64,000 nt of DNA from a bacterium (GTDB lineage Bacteria; Patescibacteriota; Microgenomatia; Levybacterales; UBA12049): assembly GCA_021791545.1 (NCBI GenBank), contig JAJYWL010000007.1, positions 3,972-67,971 on the forward strand, given 5' to 3'. The notes below the pieces were generated by a model that saw only the letters and a list, made by a program, of their open reading frames with translations, was not told the origin of the DNA and did not search any database. The stretch's first letter is position 1, and every line of letters starts with the position of its first letter. The translations under genes and the position numbers were made by a program. Positions 17,001 to 23,891 of this stretch are shown in pieces.

Positions 17001-19834
17001 TCAATTCCTTTGCCTGTAACCCCCTGAACTACAGTATTAAGGTTGGTTCCGTCGTATCCGAAGTAAGCTCTGGAATTTGCAGACAAATAAGATATATTAG
17101 ATGCACTGTCTACACCTGACGGAGTTAATTTAATAAAAGCATTTCCTGATGTATCTGAGATATCCAATTTTGCACCTGGGCTTGTTGTTCCAATCCCAAC
17201 ATTCCCTCCGTATCCGTTGTTTGGCATTACGATAAGTTGTCCGCTAAAGGAGGCTTGTGTTTGATGGTTAGCAAGTCCAAGTCCTGTAAAAGCAAATTCG
17301 GCAGATGAAGTTGAAGAACCTCCAATTAGCAGATCATCGCTTGAATTGATAGGGGAAAGAGCACCGGTTAATTCTTGCCAGAAATTATAGTTTCCCGTAG
17401 AGCAACTTCCCCAAGAAGGTGCGTAACCTGCTCCTGCTCCTGAAACCAAGCATTGTCCTGAAGTTGAGGTTGTAGCGGATGTCACTACTCCAGTTCCCGT
17501 AGTTGCATAGAGTACTGCGTTATTTCCGGTTATTCCTCCAAGAGTTAATGTTTTTCCGGAGGTAACTGTTGTATTACTATTTAACGTAATTGTTCCTGTT
17601 GAATTTCCGACTGAAACATTTCCCGTATTGGTAGTAGCAAGGTTTAAAGCACCAGTGCCATTAGGGATTATCGATAAATCATCGTTTGAAACAGTACCCA
17701 AAGTTGCTGCAGAGCCATTTCCTAAGTAAAGAGTAGTATTGGTGATGTTATTTCCGCTTATTGTAAGATTTTGCGCCAAGGTTAGACCAGAGCTCATGGA
17801 AAAGTAGCTCCCAGTTGTTTTGGTTATGGTTCCATCGCCAATTTTTATTCCTCCCGTTGTCCCATCGCCAAAAACCGAATTAGATGTTGAGTTTGCGGAT
17901 AAAATTCCTCCTGCAGTCACGTTTCCCGAAGCATCTACTGTAAATTTAGCTACTCCGCTTGCAGATGCACTTATTATCGGTCCTGTTGACCCTTGATTTA
18001 TTGTCACTGCGGATTGTCCGCTTGAAGTAGCAAGGACGGCAAACATGTCATCTACTTCAACTGCTCCCTGAGCGGTAGATATATTGTTATTGTATGAGCT
18101 ATTTTGTAATGGTTTTTGAAGATCAATCTTTCCTAAACCGTCCGGAGAAATAGTAACATTAGCATTTGAACCGACATTAGTGCCAAGCACAAGCGGTTGT
18201 CCTAATAGCTTGAATTGGCCGCCTGTTGCTTGAAATGTGGGAGTGGCGGTGCCTCCAATAGAAAGATTTCCTGAAGAATCCAAGGCCAGGATTACGTTTG
18301 TTGCCGAAGTAGTAGCCGTAGTCGGATACATTCCTTGGAGCGTTTCGGCGTTTGTTGCATACGCAACTGTAGCTAAAGGTTGTCTGGGAGTAAGTTCTGC
18401 AGTTTGTCCTACTGTTACTCCTAGCCACAAAGCGTTATTTTGCGTAAATACTTCCGGTGGAATAACAGAGTTTTGTCCTAAGAGGACATTGAATATTCCG
18501 TCGGTGTCGGGAGATACATAATCCGTCTCCTGCCATTTGAAAATTGTGGTTCCAGAATCCGATGCTGTAGCACTGGTATAAATACCAAAACGCAGCCACG
18601 TGGGGCTGGTGATTGGGTTATCGTTGCTGTCGGTCAGCCTACCCTGAAACGACAGTATTCTCGGTGGAGCCACGGGAGCGGCAGCAAGGATTGGACTTTG
18701 ATTTTTGGGATTATCAAAAAAGCTTGTATAGAATCCAAATCCTATTGCAGCCATTATTATTATCAAAACCGCAAAGTTAAGATAGTGGGCAAGTGGATAG
18801 GAGTGATATGTTTTATACCAGTTTGGTCTTTTATATCTCAGTGCAATCCAATACTTTTTGTAGGAAGGAAGGTTAGCTGTAGATATGGTTAAAGGAGCAT
18901 AGAATTCTTTCTTTATATTTGAGACTTTAAGAAAGTTATGATCCGGGATTTTAGCTTTGATTTCGCTAGATTTCTCCGTGAAAACATGTTTTCCTTTAAC
19001 TTTCCATGCTATATATTCGGCATTCCTTACGCCCTTAGCGAGAGTTTCGGTTATCGCTTTATCGAATATAGCTTGGAAACCTAATCCCATTTTTTGGGCT
19101 ACTCTAAGAGGAGGGAACCAAGAGTAGTTTTTAATTCTAGGTTCCTCAGTTTTTGAAAGTTCTTGTGAAATAGCTTCAGGTTGTGTTGTGAAAAAGGGAG
19201 TTTGATAATTTGTAATTTCAGGCTGTGCTTTTATGAAGCCTTCTTCTTGAGCCCAGGAAAGATATTTCCTTAGAGAAGATAGCTTCCTATTGACCGTGGT
19301 AGCAGAAAAATTATTGTGGGTGATTAACCTCTGTTTGTATTCCTCGATGAGTTCTTTGTTTATTTTCCCTACGGTTGGAAGGTCTGAGTTAGGAGTGACC
19401 GTCTCAGCCCAGGTAAGGAATTGTCGAATATCAATGATATAGTTCTTTATAGTAAGATTCGATGCGTTGAATACATAGAGGTAGTTTTTAAATTCCTTTA
19501 TGTGCCATGGATCTTTAACCTCGACGGGTTGAGGAAGGACAGCTTTGAATGGATCACTAGAGATATATCCTTCAAGCTTAAGAAAGTAGAAGAACTTTCT
19601 AAGTGATGACATGTGCCTATCAAGTGAGCTTTCGGAAAGAACGGAGGCTGATTGTGTTTTATAATTTCGTATTGTTTCAAAGCTTATCTCGGAGGGGGAG
19701 AAAGCTTTCTTGTATTGGTCTTCAAAGAATTTAATGAAATGATTTATGTCCGATAGATAATTTTTTACCGTAACCTTTGAAGGCTGGTTCTTTTGTGATA
19801 ATAAATAATTTTTAAACTGGGCAAGTATATCCAT
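8030..19834 (-). CDS. Giant (3,934 aa) membrane-anchored surface protein. It has an N-terminal cytoplasmic region with two tandem phage-integrase SAM-like (core-binding) domains, a single TM helix, and a ~3,500-aa beta-rich repeat ectodomain.
   Basis: First SAM-like copy: ILAQFKNYLLSQKNQPSKVTVKNYLSDINHFIKFFE...SLDRHMSSLRKFFYFLKLEGYISSDP. Second copy: IKEFKNYLYVFNASNLTIKNYIIDIRQFLTWAE...TVNRKLSSLRKYLSWAQEEGFI. Both match the integrase N-terminal consensus (aflehL...lsenTlraYrrdlrrF..fl...s.rsiarrlsalrsfyryl). TM helix YLNFAVLIIIMAAIGFGFYTSFF. Many fibre-like repeats (GNVGIGTT(N/S)P..(L/V)). Four long internal repeats (CSTGNYN(F/Y)WQEL.GALSP..SGDDLLIGGSSTASAEFAFTGL...SFSGQLIVMPN.GYGG). S/T/N/G-rich. 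Confidence 0.85.
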   Translation of the reverse strand: MDILAQFKNYLLSQKNQPSKVTVKNYLSDINHFIKFFEDQYKKAFSPSEISFETIRNYKTQSASVLSESSLDRHMSSLRKFFYFLKLEGYISSDPFKAVLPQPVEVKDPWHIKEFKNYLYVFNASNLTIKNYIIDIRQFLTWAETVTPNSDLPTVGKINKELIEEYKQRLITHNNFSATTVNRKLSSLRKYLSWAQEEGFIKAQPEITNYQTPFFTTQPEAISQELSKTEEPRIKNYSWFPPLRVAQKMGLGFQAIFDKAITETLAKGVRNAEYIAWKVKGKHVFTEKSSEIKAKIPDHNFLKVSNIKKEFYAPLTISTANLPSYKKYWIALRYKRPNWYKTYHSYPLAHYLNFAVLIIIMAAIGFGFYTSFFDNPKNQSPILAAAPVAPPRILSFQGRLTDSNDNPITSPTWLRFGIYTSATASDSGTTIFKWQETDYVSPDTDGIFNVLLGQNSVIPPEVFTQNNALWLGVTVGQTAELTPRQPLATVAYATNAETLQGMYPTTATTSATNVILALDSSGNLSIGGTATPTFQATGGQFKLLGQPLVLGTNVGSNANVTISPDGLGKIDLQKPLQNSSYNNNISTAQGAVEVDDMFAVLATSSGQSAVTINQGSTGPIISASASGVAKFTVDASGNVTAGGILSANSTSNSVFGDGTTGGIKIGDGTITKTTGSYFSMSSGLTLAQNLTISGNNITNTTLYLGNGSAATLGTVSNDDLSIIPNGTGALNLATTNTGNVSVGNSTGTITLNSNTTVTSGKTLTLGGITGNNAVLYATTGTGVVTSATTSTSGQCLVSGAGAGYAPSWGSCSTGNYNFWQELTGALSPINSSDDLLIGGSSTSSAEFAFTGLGLANHQTQASFSGQLIVMPNNGYGGNVGIGTTSPGAKLDISDTSGNAFIKLTPSGVDSASNISYLSANSRAYFGYDGTNLNTVVQGVTGKGIEFNVNNNSFGTGTAMVINSSGNVGIGTTNPGQLLTLSSGGSLGWDNGSGSVTTGISRGGDGYINIGNGTPGNTSGTVQATTINLTNVVNTTSHQSFRLDQTGKIVQFNNSAANASAFLISPGINDYSGASATVQLSSSGNSYLTGGNLGIGTNNPQTALQVVGNSAQINNTVWGWSQTGVNPASDTYYKIATLPISTSATYDHIVINGILDDGWGSNQKSQFNILMGNRNGFKYEYDLFGDVRSKAKILAYQETDGSISVYTYHKATSYTSISYNITESIQATVYPNPTGSTSIPTGTLVFDSSSASYPPRYMVATNGNFTIGGTTATSLFNVGSSAQFQVNSSGAIAASTGLTLTSGAITLGASTGAGQCLIGGANASWGSCSTGNYNYWQELSGALSPIQSGDDLLLGGSSTASAEFAFTGLGLANHQTQASFSGQLIVMPNNGYGGNVGIGTNTPAYTLDVTGTGHTTGAFTIDAGAGSANAQLNLTGRNSGTANNAYILANYQGGVSLNAATSRGFVLSNTGATYSNTGAVLEVSGSQAIGSTYVTTTPPSNGLIVEGNVGIGTAAPQVNLDVFGTQYIRDNGTLASVLSGLKFVPSGGINYIESAGAAMGAGTGADLRFTNMNATSTWMTIQASSGNVGIGTTNPGQLLTVGPNSSNGQFTVNTTGAVASVGTTGQVFFTGHQVGSGYSYGAPGIFQAITDNLTGANNTYFQGVTGSTTNFSVRADGQGYFAGNVGIGTNNPVAQLDVRNGAVFKNSVSASTPVTPFASSSAEFLLSANSLVTIGESVQGNANPAITLYRTTSGNRIGTGARLYLASSNFDFRIQQGTNGTAYGAETYTDRLTINSSGYVGIGNSNSAALFSVGSSSNFQVDATGAITTTGNGLSFTASSGDTVIKKTGASGILDISSNGGTSAVRFNYDYGGGTGGIQIYDGATTNNVQLLATSGNLAIAPSGGTGSNVAPTTNQQIDLGDATHQWRNIYGQNIYSNGVLLTNGGAGFWQELAGALSPVQPGDDLLIGGSSTASADFAFTGLMGNQTQASFSGQLNIMPNKGYGGGVNSYTGYAFRGTNILSAYGTSNIFVGGFAGNPTASGYNTAVGTSAGTNLSTGTENALLGYQAGVNLGGGTDNVLLGAYAGTVPTVGNNNTIIGAYADMSSNNLNYSLALGYNAIATGSNQAVIGGNTGTSYIQDFYLGNGVTTASPRQVILHASGGSGTNVTGANLTLASGISTGNAAGGNIYFMTSTAGVSGVNPETLSTRLTIDGSGNITMSGTGNFATGTGTVSLNGNTTIPTGKTLTLVNNNGNNAVLYSANSTGLVTSVSSTTTSGQCLLSGSSIPAWGTCPTTYNFWQELSGALSPVQSGDDLLIGGSSTASADFAFTGLMGNQTQASFSGQLIVTPNKGYGGGINVVGNDMNSIIVVENDSSTAPRYPSVEVDNYTGSTTGQSALILQVAKGTKAAPTIATANSDVTTLVGRAYNGTSFKDVGRINFGTDAAFSATDQSGYIGFMVGNGATYTEKMRLDHLGNLGLGISAPLATLDVRGSSATTPIASFSGTTSGPALGIDSNTGAGDLINASSGLSPALGRLQFKVTNLGSIYGRSFTDLDNNSYFLDPAASGTSLTTAGAAGIGTYSITGTTTKLDVAGGIGLFEQGIMSGWTTTTGGGTYTNQYFPIASVSIPAQYGYGTADILISKQGAAGSQSDDNALVHLQVKQQAAFGSPPIVSLQASYLYGIKAANIVFVLTSYAGPTTGTLYVKNPTSYEEYTYTALSASNNITISPTNSASVASLPAGTQTNPTYAFYSYGGNMGIGTDSPASPLHIYGNSSSGITGEIQNTNSAGYAYLLLKSDAAQNMGVFAGGTALASYGGANSLNIFQGNNAPISFLTGGTNQRMVITGTGDVGIGITAPNDLLDVSESSTINVTTPGLATTYGIHLTAPTNVADYANGITFGAGQSSSGNTAQAGIYVQSSGAYGTKMYFATTNSFATGAQTRMMIDHLGNIGVNVTSPTSGYKMDVFGGGGTNGGILIEDSGSNPGAKLLQVGDDSFFTDIDVANTLGLYGNSNSAIASLKLGSGGGTITGSSGNIGIGNTSPAENLSIGNGTANSNWSIGSSSGNRMYMDTYIDAAYLAINRRSSDGAFARSTYGAASIGFVSDTSGGYFDFNTINAVNTNPTLAMRINETHYVGLYGQATGATSNAYLGFYDSGGTRIGYVGDGSTSNSDMYLVADTAGALHLGGNGSSSALNIDNSGFYGNVYMDPSGSAGQWVTVVSSGSVAGQGGLKWTQNSTYWMDTYLTASSATTGKLMFERNGGTSLVSISLTGIIRAAGTITGSTTPDYAETIRIKDQSIDSGDIVAAKDYDNSVKDIYQKALASKTSTPYSPDLIGAISENPGMLINNNFNSDNLWESNERPLTVAGRIPVKVTSKNGPIKVGDLVTSSEIPGVGMKATKAGMVVGTALTDFDPSSATQSARLINGQWQILDSTCTQNEPDCYAYGKILVFIKPGFSDPQVYLTSTGDMSIVDQATTSADFTVPHYYSISDALGNPIDRVGAFAQLAVANLRAGVVNAQQIIVNGQNLGDYIATIVNNIVGQNANGQVVSPIASDSIKTNLIAPTATSSAVALRFENDKLSVLNTNNSSGSAVATIDNQGNASFSGKLTSNQLDTNDASISGTLHVGKIIADQIVSGSSSATYVTNITNVYNSTPSSNTNFGLVNGSSTSTSSGTTNQTQTGTGYMDISSMSGQLSYVPTLSSQTAAFSEGLTVFGPSSLSDVSITGQVAINGSLILANNSINVLGSDFNIQPLKQGGVSIMAGLVYIDTNGNVTFGSDVQVKGTLYANAIAPIPGNDLAINLASPSGKVANLNVTNATGSSILSLNGKSGDLTASGAGTFAKLNLSLIQPAQALSETEITATGSAGTAWIAAHQKEVTIDNSLVTDKSLIYITPTADTKNQVIYLIRQVAGQSFTVGLPDFATSNIPFNWIIVN
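12765..17430 (-). repeat. Four dispersed in-frame direct repeats (~180-230 bp each, ~80-85% nt identity) inside the giant gene.
   Basis: Near-identical DNA blocks at about 12765-12945, 13815-13995, 15650-15900 and 17200-17430. An example shared string is gtccgctaaatga.gcttg.g...tgcaaa.tc.gcagatg...gttcttgcca. Confidence 0.7.
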
Positions 19835-20404
19835 TGATTTAAATAATAAATTCTTGTGAAAATTCCTCTATAGCCTCGAGATTATACAGATTATACGGTT
19901 TATATCCGTGAAAAAAAGATTTATTACTCATACTATTAGAATAAAGAAAATTTTTCACCACTGTCAAGGACCTAGAGTATTATTAGATGAGATAGATTGT
20001 TAAGGATTGATATACTTGTTGTTGAAGGTGGTATTGGTGAAATAGGGTAGTGAAAAGGCTGTTTATGCCCCTGAGGCTAGTAAATTAGATAAAATAGCTA
20101 TATCTTAATGTATCAAACTAGACTTTCATCTAATTTTGGGGTAGTTGTTGATTTTGATATATTTGCCTAGAAAATGGCCGAGTTGTGTAAAATTAATCTA
20201 AGATCAGGAGGGTAGTTTAGCCTCACTCTTAGCAGATATATGGTGTGAGTGATAGGTATTTTCACATAGGGGTTTGGATTGATCTGGCGGGCTGTTTTAA
20301 ATCTATTCTAGTTTTATTCGTATGTCTCTAGCTTCGTCTATGATTTATAAAGATTTTAGTACCTTAACTGTTGTATTCCCTGAGTTTATTATACAATATA
20401 ACTA

Positions 20405-21268
20405 ATGTCCAAGACCAGACTGGCCATTCATAAATTAAAAGTAGTTCAAAGAGTGATAGGTATATCTCTTCTTGCGGTATTGTTGCTAAACATTTTTACC
20501 CCCTATGTCTCGGCTCAGTTTAAAGGATCCTTAAATACCTCCGTATCAGGAAGAGTAGGAGAGTTCTTTCTTGATGTTTCCGGATATATCTCTCCTTATG
20601 CTTCGGTTATACTAACATCCGACGGAGTGTTCCTAAGAGCTACCGTAGCGGACTCTAAAGGTAACTTCTATATCTCCCAGGTCCTCATTAACTCCGGCTT
20701 TTCACACTTTTGCTTGGAGGCTGTAGATTACAAGCAGATAGGAAGTTCGGAGACTTGCATGACCATTCCTCCGGCCACAGGCTCTGTAGAGATTAAGAAT
20801 ATATTCCTTCCTCCCACAATAGCAGTACAGAAGAAGGAGATAGCTGAAGGATCTCCCGCGATTGTTTACGGTTACACAATGCCCGGAGCAGAAGTTAAGC
20901 TATTTCTTTCAAATAAACAGACTATTACGACAACAGCCGATGAAACTGGTTTCTATAGATTTGAGATAAATAACCTCAAGGCGGGGACATATAGCTTATA
21001 TGCAAAGGCATATTATAAGGACAAGGAATCGCTGACTCCGGCTAAGAAGATTGAACTTAAAAGTCTCTCTTGGTGGGAGCAAATTATTGCTTTTATCAAG
21101 GATCTGCTAAGTAAAATCTGGCTTTATCTTACATCTTTGTCTTTAGGACCACTTTGGCTTGCTATACCAATCATTATCCTCATTATTATACTGATTTTTA
21201 AGTTATTACCCAGAGGCATTGTACGTCCCAAGGAACATCTCCATCATTATTGGATGGTACATGAATAA
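20405..21268 (+). CDS. Surface protein with a signal peptide, Ig-like/CarboxypepD_reg-like beta domains and a C-terminal TM anchor.
   Basis: N-terminal signal (LLAVLLLNIFTPYVSAQ). Segment ADETGFYRFEINNLKAGTYSLYAKA. C-terminal TM LWLAIPIIILIIILIF followed by a basic tail. Confidence 0.5.
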   Translation: MSKTRLAIHKLKVVQRVIGISLLAVLLLNIFTPYVSAQFKGSLNTSVSGRVGEFFLDVSGYISPYASVILTSDGVFLRATVADSKGNFYISQVLINSGFSHFCLEAVDYKQIGSSETCMTIPPATGSVEIKNIFLPPTIAVQKKEIAEGSPAIVYGYTMPGAEVKLFLSNKQTITTTADETGFYRFEINNLKAGTYSLYAKAYYKDKESLTPAKKIELKSLSWWEQIIAFIKDLLSKIWLYLTSLSLGPLWLAIPIIILIIILIFKLLPRGIVRPKEHLHHYWMVHE

Positions 21269-21390
21269 TCTTTTGTCAGATGAGAGAGTAGGGAAACTCC
21301 TTTATATTCTTCCTTTTAAGTTCTCTAGTCAGTTCTAAGTAGATAAGAATAAGAGAGACAGTGAGCAAAACAATTCACTAAGCCAAGTGT

Positions 21391-22377
21391 TTACTCAGCA
21401 GGTGTATGGTATTCATGGAGAACACCGGGGTTTTGAACTTTTGGTCCTTCTTCTTTCTTTCCGCCTCTTCTACTTCTCTTTCTCAAGTAGAGGATAAGAA
21501 GGATTACGGCTATTACGATTAAGACTGCGAGTGTTGTAAGTTTCCATGGGAATACCCAGAAGGAAACTGTTGCTGAAAGCGGCTGAACGCTGTTAAATCC
21601 ATATGTTCCGGAAAGAACGGCAGTGTACTTTCCGAACATGAATTGCTGTCCTACGAAGTTCTCATAGTCTCTGGCTGCACCGGGAAATACATCATGCTGG
21701 GGAAGAGTATATGTTTGATTAAAGAAAGGTCCTGTTACTGTTATTTTTGCATTAGGTCTTGTATGAATATCTCCATAGTTTCTTATCTGCGTCATTATCT
21801 TAACGGGTCCGTATTCCTGGAATGATTTTGCAAGGAAATTGGTTATGCTTGCTTTTTCAAGTACTGGGCCTTTAACGATAAGTTTAAAGATTGTTCCGAG
21901 TTGTGAATTTACAGTGCTTCCTGTGCCTTTATCTGCTGTTTTGACTTCAGGTGTATATACAACTGCTGCGTAATGTCCTCCCGGTCTTGCGTTAGCAGGA
22001 ACTTGGATGTAGTAGTTTAGATCCTGTCTTTGATGGGGTTGTACGGTAAATTCGCTTGGGTAGACGGCTATCCAGGATGCACCGGAATATTTTGATTCTA
22101 TTGTTCCTAGTGGAAGAAGTTGGGGAGTGCCAAGACTATCTGTAACTATGAAATCTTCAACTGCTGCTTTGAAAGTAAGGGGAGCATCTGTATCATTTGT
22201 AATTCTTGTTACTCCTTCGCTTTTCTCTCCGGGATTAAGGGAAGCTTCAACTACAGGGTAGGTAAGTGTGACTGTTCTTTGGACTTCCTGTGCTAAGGCG
22301 ACTCCGCCAAGAAGGGTAACTCCTAATATTGCGGTTCCTAATATTAATTTTTTATGTTTAATGTTGGGCAGTTTCAT
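21391..22377 (-). CDS. DUF916-like cell-surface protein with a signal peptide and a C-terminal TM anchor plus basic tail (module B anchor).
   Basis: Signal peptide. TYPVVEASLNPGEKSEGVTRITNDTD...YYIQVPA pattern. C-terminus FWVFPWKLTTLAVLIVIAVILLILYLRKRSRRGGKK. Paralog of 23892..24911. Confidence 0.5.
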   Translation of the reverse strand: MKLPNIKHKKLILGTAILGVTLLGGVALAQEVQRTVTLTYPVVEASLNPGEKSEGVTRITNDTDAPLTFKAAVEDFIVTDSLGTPQLLPLGTIESKYSGASWIAVYPSEFTVQPHQRQDLNYYIQVPANARPGGHYAAVVYTPEVKTADKGTGSTVNSQLGTIFKLIVKGPVLEKASITNFLAKSFQEYGPVKIMTQIRNYGDIHTRPNAKITVTGPFFNQTYTLPQHDVFPGAARDYENFVGQQFMFGKYTAVLSGTYGFNSVQPLSATVSFWVFPWKLTTLAVLIVIAVILLILYLRKRSRRGGKKEEGPKVQNPGVLHEYHTPAE

Positions 22378-22381
22378 ATTT

Positions 22382-23827
22382 TTAGAACGTAGCCGTTGCT
22401 ACATACGTCATTGTTGTCGTGTAAACACCCGGAGGTGTTGTTCCCGTTACTTCGGCTCCATATCTTACTACTGTTTTTGCTGCGCTTACAGGCCCTCCCG
22501 TATTGGAAGCAATTGTTGCGTAATATGAGTTTGTTCCAGTATTCCATGGGTTTGCAGTTTTTGCGCTTCCGGCTGCCATTGATGTTGCTCCTGCTCCCCA
22601 TACGGCTGTGGGTATATCTGCTCCACAAGGGCTTATTCCAAAGAATGCAGTTCCGTTTGCGGGGATTGTCCATGGCGCAGGAGTGTCAACAGCCGTCAGC
22701 CCGTTATTTCCTCCGTTGACAATGTTATCTGTAAGATAGAAGCCTGAAGCAGGATTAATAAACTTGCCTGAAGAAGTTGCCGTGATTACATATCCTGCTG
22801 CTCCGTTTGTTGTTACTGTTAAGAGTTGTCCTGCTTTATTGGGTCCAGTTGGAGTAAGAAGTCCTAAGTTTACAAAGGTTGCAGTAGAATCGATTCCACT
22901 ATTTGATGTTTCAGAAGTGCAGCTTGAAGAACCGGAAATTGTATTGTAATTGTCTGTATTAAGTAATCCTGCAATCGTAAAAGTAAGGGATGGTTCAACT
23001 GTTGCTTGAACTTGTACAGATTCAATGGTTGCTATTTTTGCAGATCCTGTATCTAAATCAATCCCGTTATTATCCTGGGTTTTCATTTGAACTTTCCAAG
23101 AATCGTTTGTCCCTGCAGTTGCTGTTTTTGTCGGATTAATAAGTGCTGGAGTTGTATTTCCTATTACTATCGTAATGGTGGAAGCAGCCGGTATCGTGGC
23201 AGTTGCTACTGTGCAAGTAATATTTGGCGTGGTAGTACCAACATTTACAACCCAAGTACATGTAGAAGAACCGGGAAGAGTAGCGCTAATGTTAGCAGTC
23301 TGAAGATTATTAAACTCGAAGCCGGTAGCCGATGGGGAAGCCAGATTGGAGCTTGCTAGGTCGGTGATGGTTGGATAAGTTATGATTATTTTTCCATTTA
23401 CAGGAATTGCAGCGACCGTTGTAAATTTGATGGTATGTTTTGCAGTTACTGCTGTTTGGATAACTGCTCCTATGCTATGGCCGTTTGTTACGGTATTTGT
23501 GAAATATAGGTATCTAAAGTTGGGGGTGCCCGATTGTTGAGCAGACATTGATGCTACATTTAAGCCGGCTTGGAAACCAGGCGTCATTATTGTTGCCGAG
23601 TCTGATGCAATCCATTGTGCAGTTGTTCCCGTAGTATCTGCTACCTGAACAAATGTTGCCCCGGTGGTTTGATTAGCTGTTAAGTATGAAGAGGCCGATG
23701 GTCTTGAAGTGGTAACTGTGTCCGTGACGCTGGAAAGTGAGGCTGCATCTACTGTATTAACTGAAAAAACTCCAAAAAGGAGGATAAGGGATAACAAATA
23801 AAAACTTCGCTTAACTATAATTCCCAT
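22382..23827 (-). CDS. Secreted T/S-rich beta-rich protein, candidate fibre or surface subunit (module B).
   Basis: Signal peptide, 481 aa. The C-terminal strand GVYTTTMTYVATATF is shared with the 24892..25620 protein (GLYTNVINFIATPTY). Confidence 0.5.
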   Translation of the reverse strand: MGIIVKRSFYLLSLILLFGVFSVNTVDAASLSSVTDTVTTSRPSASSYLTANQTTGATFVQVADTTGTTAQWIASDSATIMTPGFQAGLNVASMSAQQSGTPNFRYLYFTNTVTNGHSIGAVIQTAVTAKHTIKFTTVAAIPVNGKIIITYPTITDLASSNLASPSATGFEFNNLQTANISATLPGSSTCTWVVNVGTTTPNITCTVATATIPAASTITIVIGNTTPALINPTKTATAGTNDSWKVQMKTQDNNGIDLDTGSAKIATIESVQVQATVEPSLTFTIAGLLNTDNYNTISGSSSCTSETSNSGIDSTATFVNLGLLTPTGPNKAGQLLTVTTNGAAGYVITATSSGKFINPASGFYLTDNIVNGGNNGLTAVDTPAPWTIPANGTAFFGISPCGADIPTAVWGAGATSMAAGSAKTANPWNTGTNSYYATIASNTGGPVSAAKTVVRYGAEVTGTTPPGVYTTTMTYVATATF

Positions 23828-23891
23828 CTATATACTATTATATGGGTTATTTTTATATACTTGTCAATATATCAGTTTAGGTCATTTAGCC

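Noticed and set aside
12765-17430. CRISPR array or other non-coding repeat interpretation of the direct repeats in the giant gene and in 60590..62800.
   Set aside because: The repeats are long (180-840 bp) and in-frame, and they encode conserved protein segments. No short regularly spaced repeats with unique spacers exist anywhere in the window.
8299-19680. Numerous 60-110 aa ORFs on the plus strand inside the giant gene (e.g. 8391..8585, 13071..13412, 16785..17027).
   Set aside because: All are antisense to a continuous 11.8-kb ORF with strong repeat structure. They are typical shadow ORFs.
19235-19834. Possible integrase or prophage (mobile element) call based on the integrase-like N-terminal domains.
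   Set aside because: Only the SAM-like core-binding domains are present, twice. There is no catalytic tyrosine-recombinase domain, and the reading frame continues into a TM helix and ectodomain. It is reported as a domain fusion finding, not a mobile element.
22374-22719. Overlapping 99-aa and 107-aa ORFs at the 3' end of the surface operon.
   Set aside because: They overlap the 22382..23827 and 21391..22377 genes in alternative frames or strands. No support.
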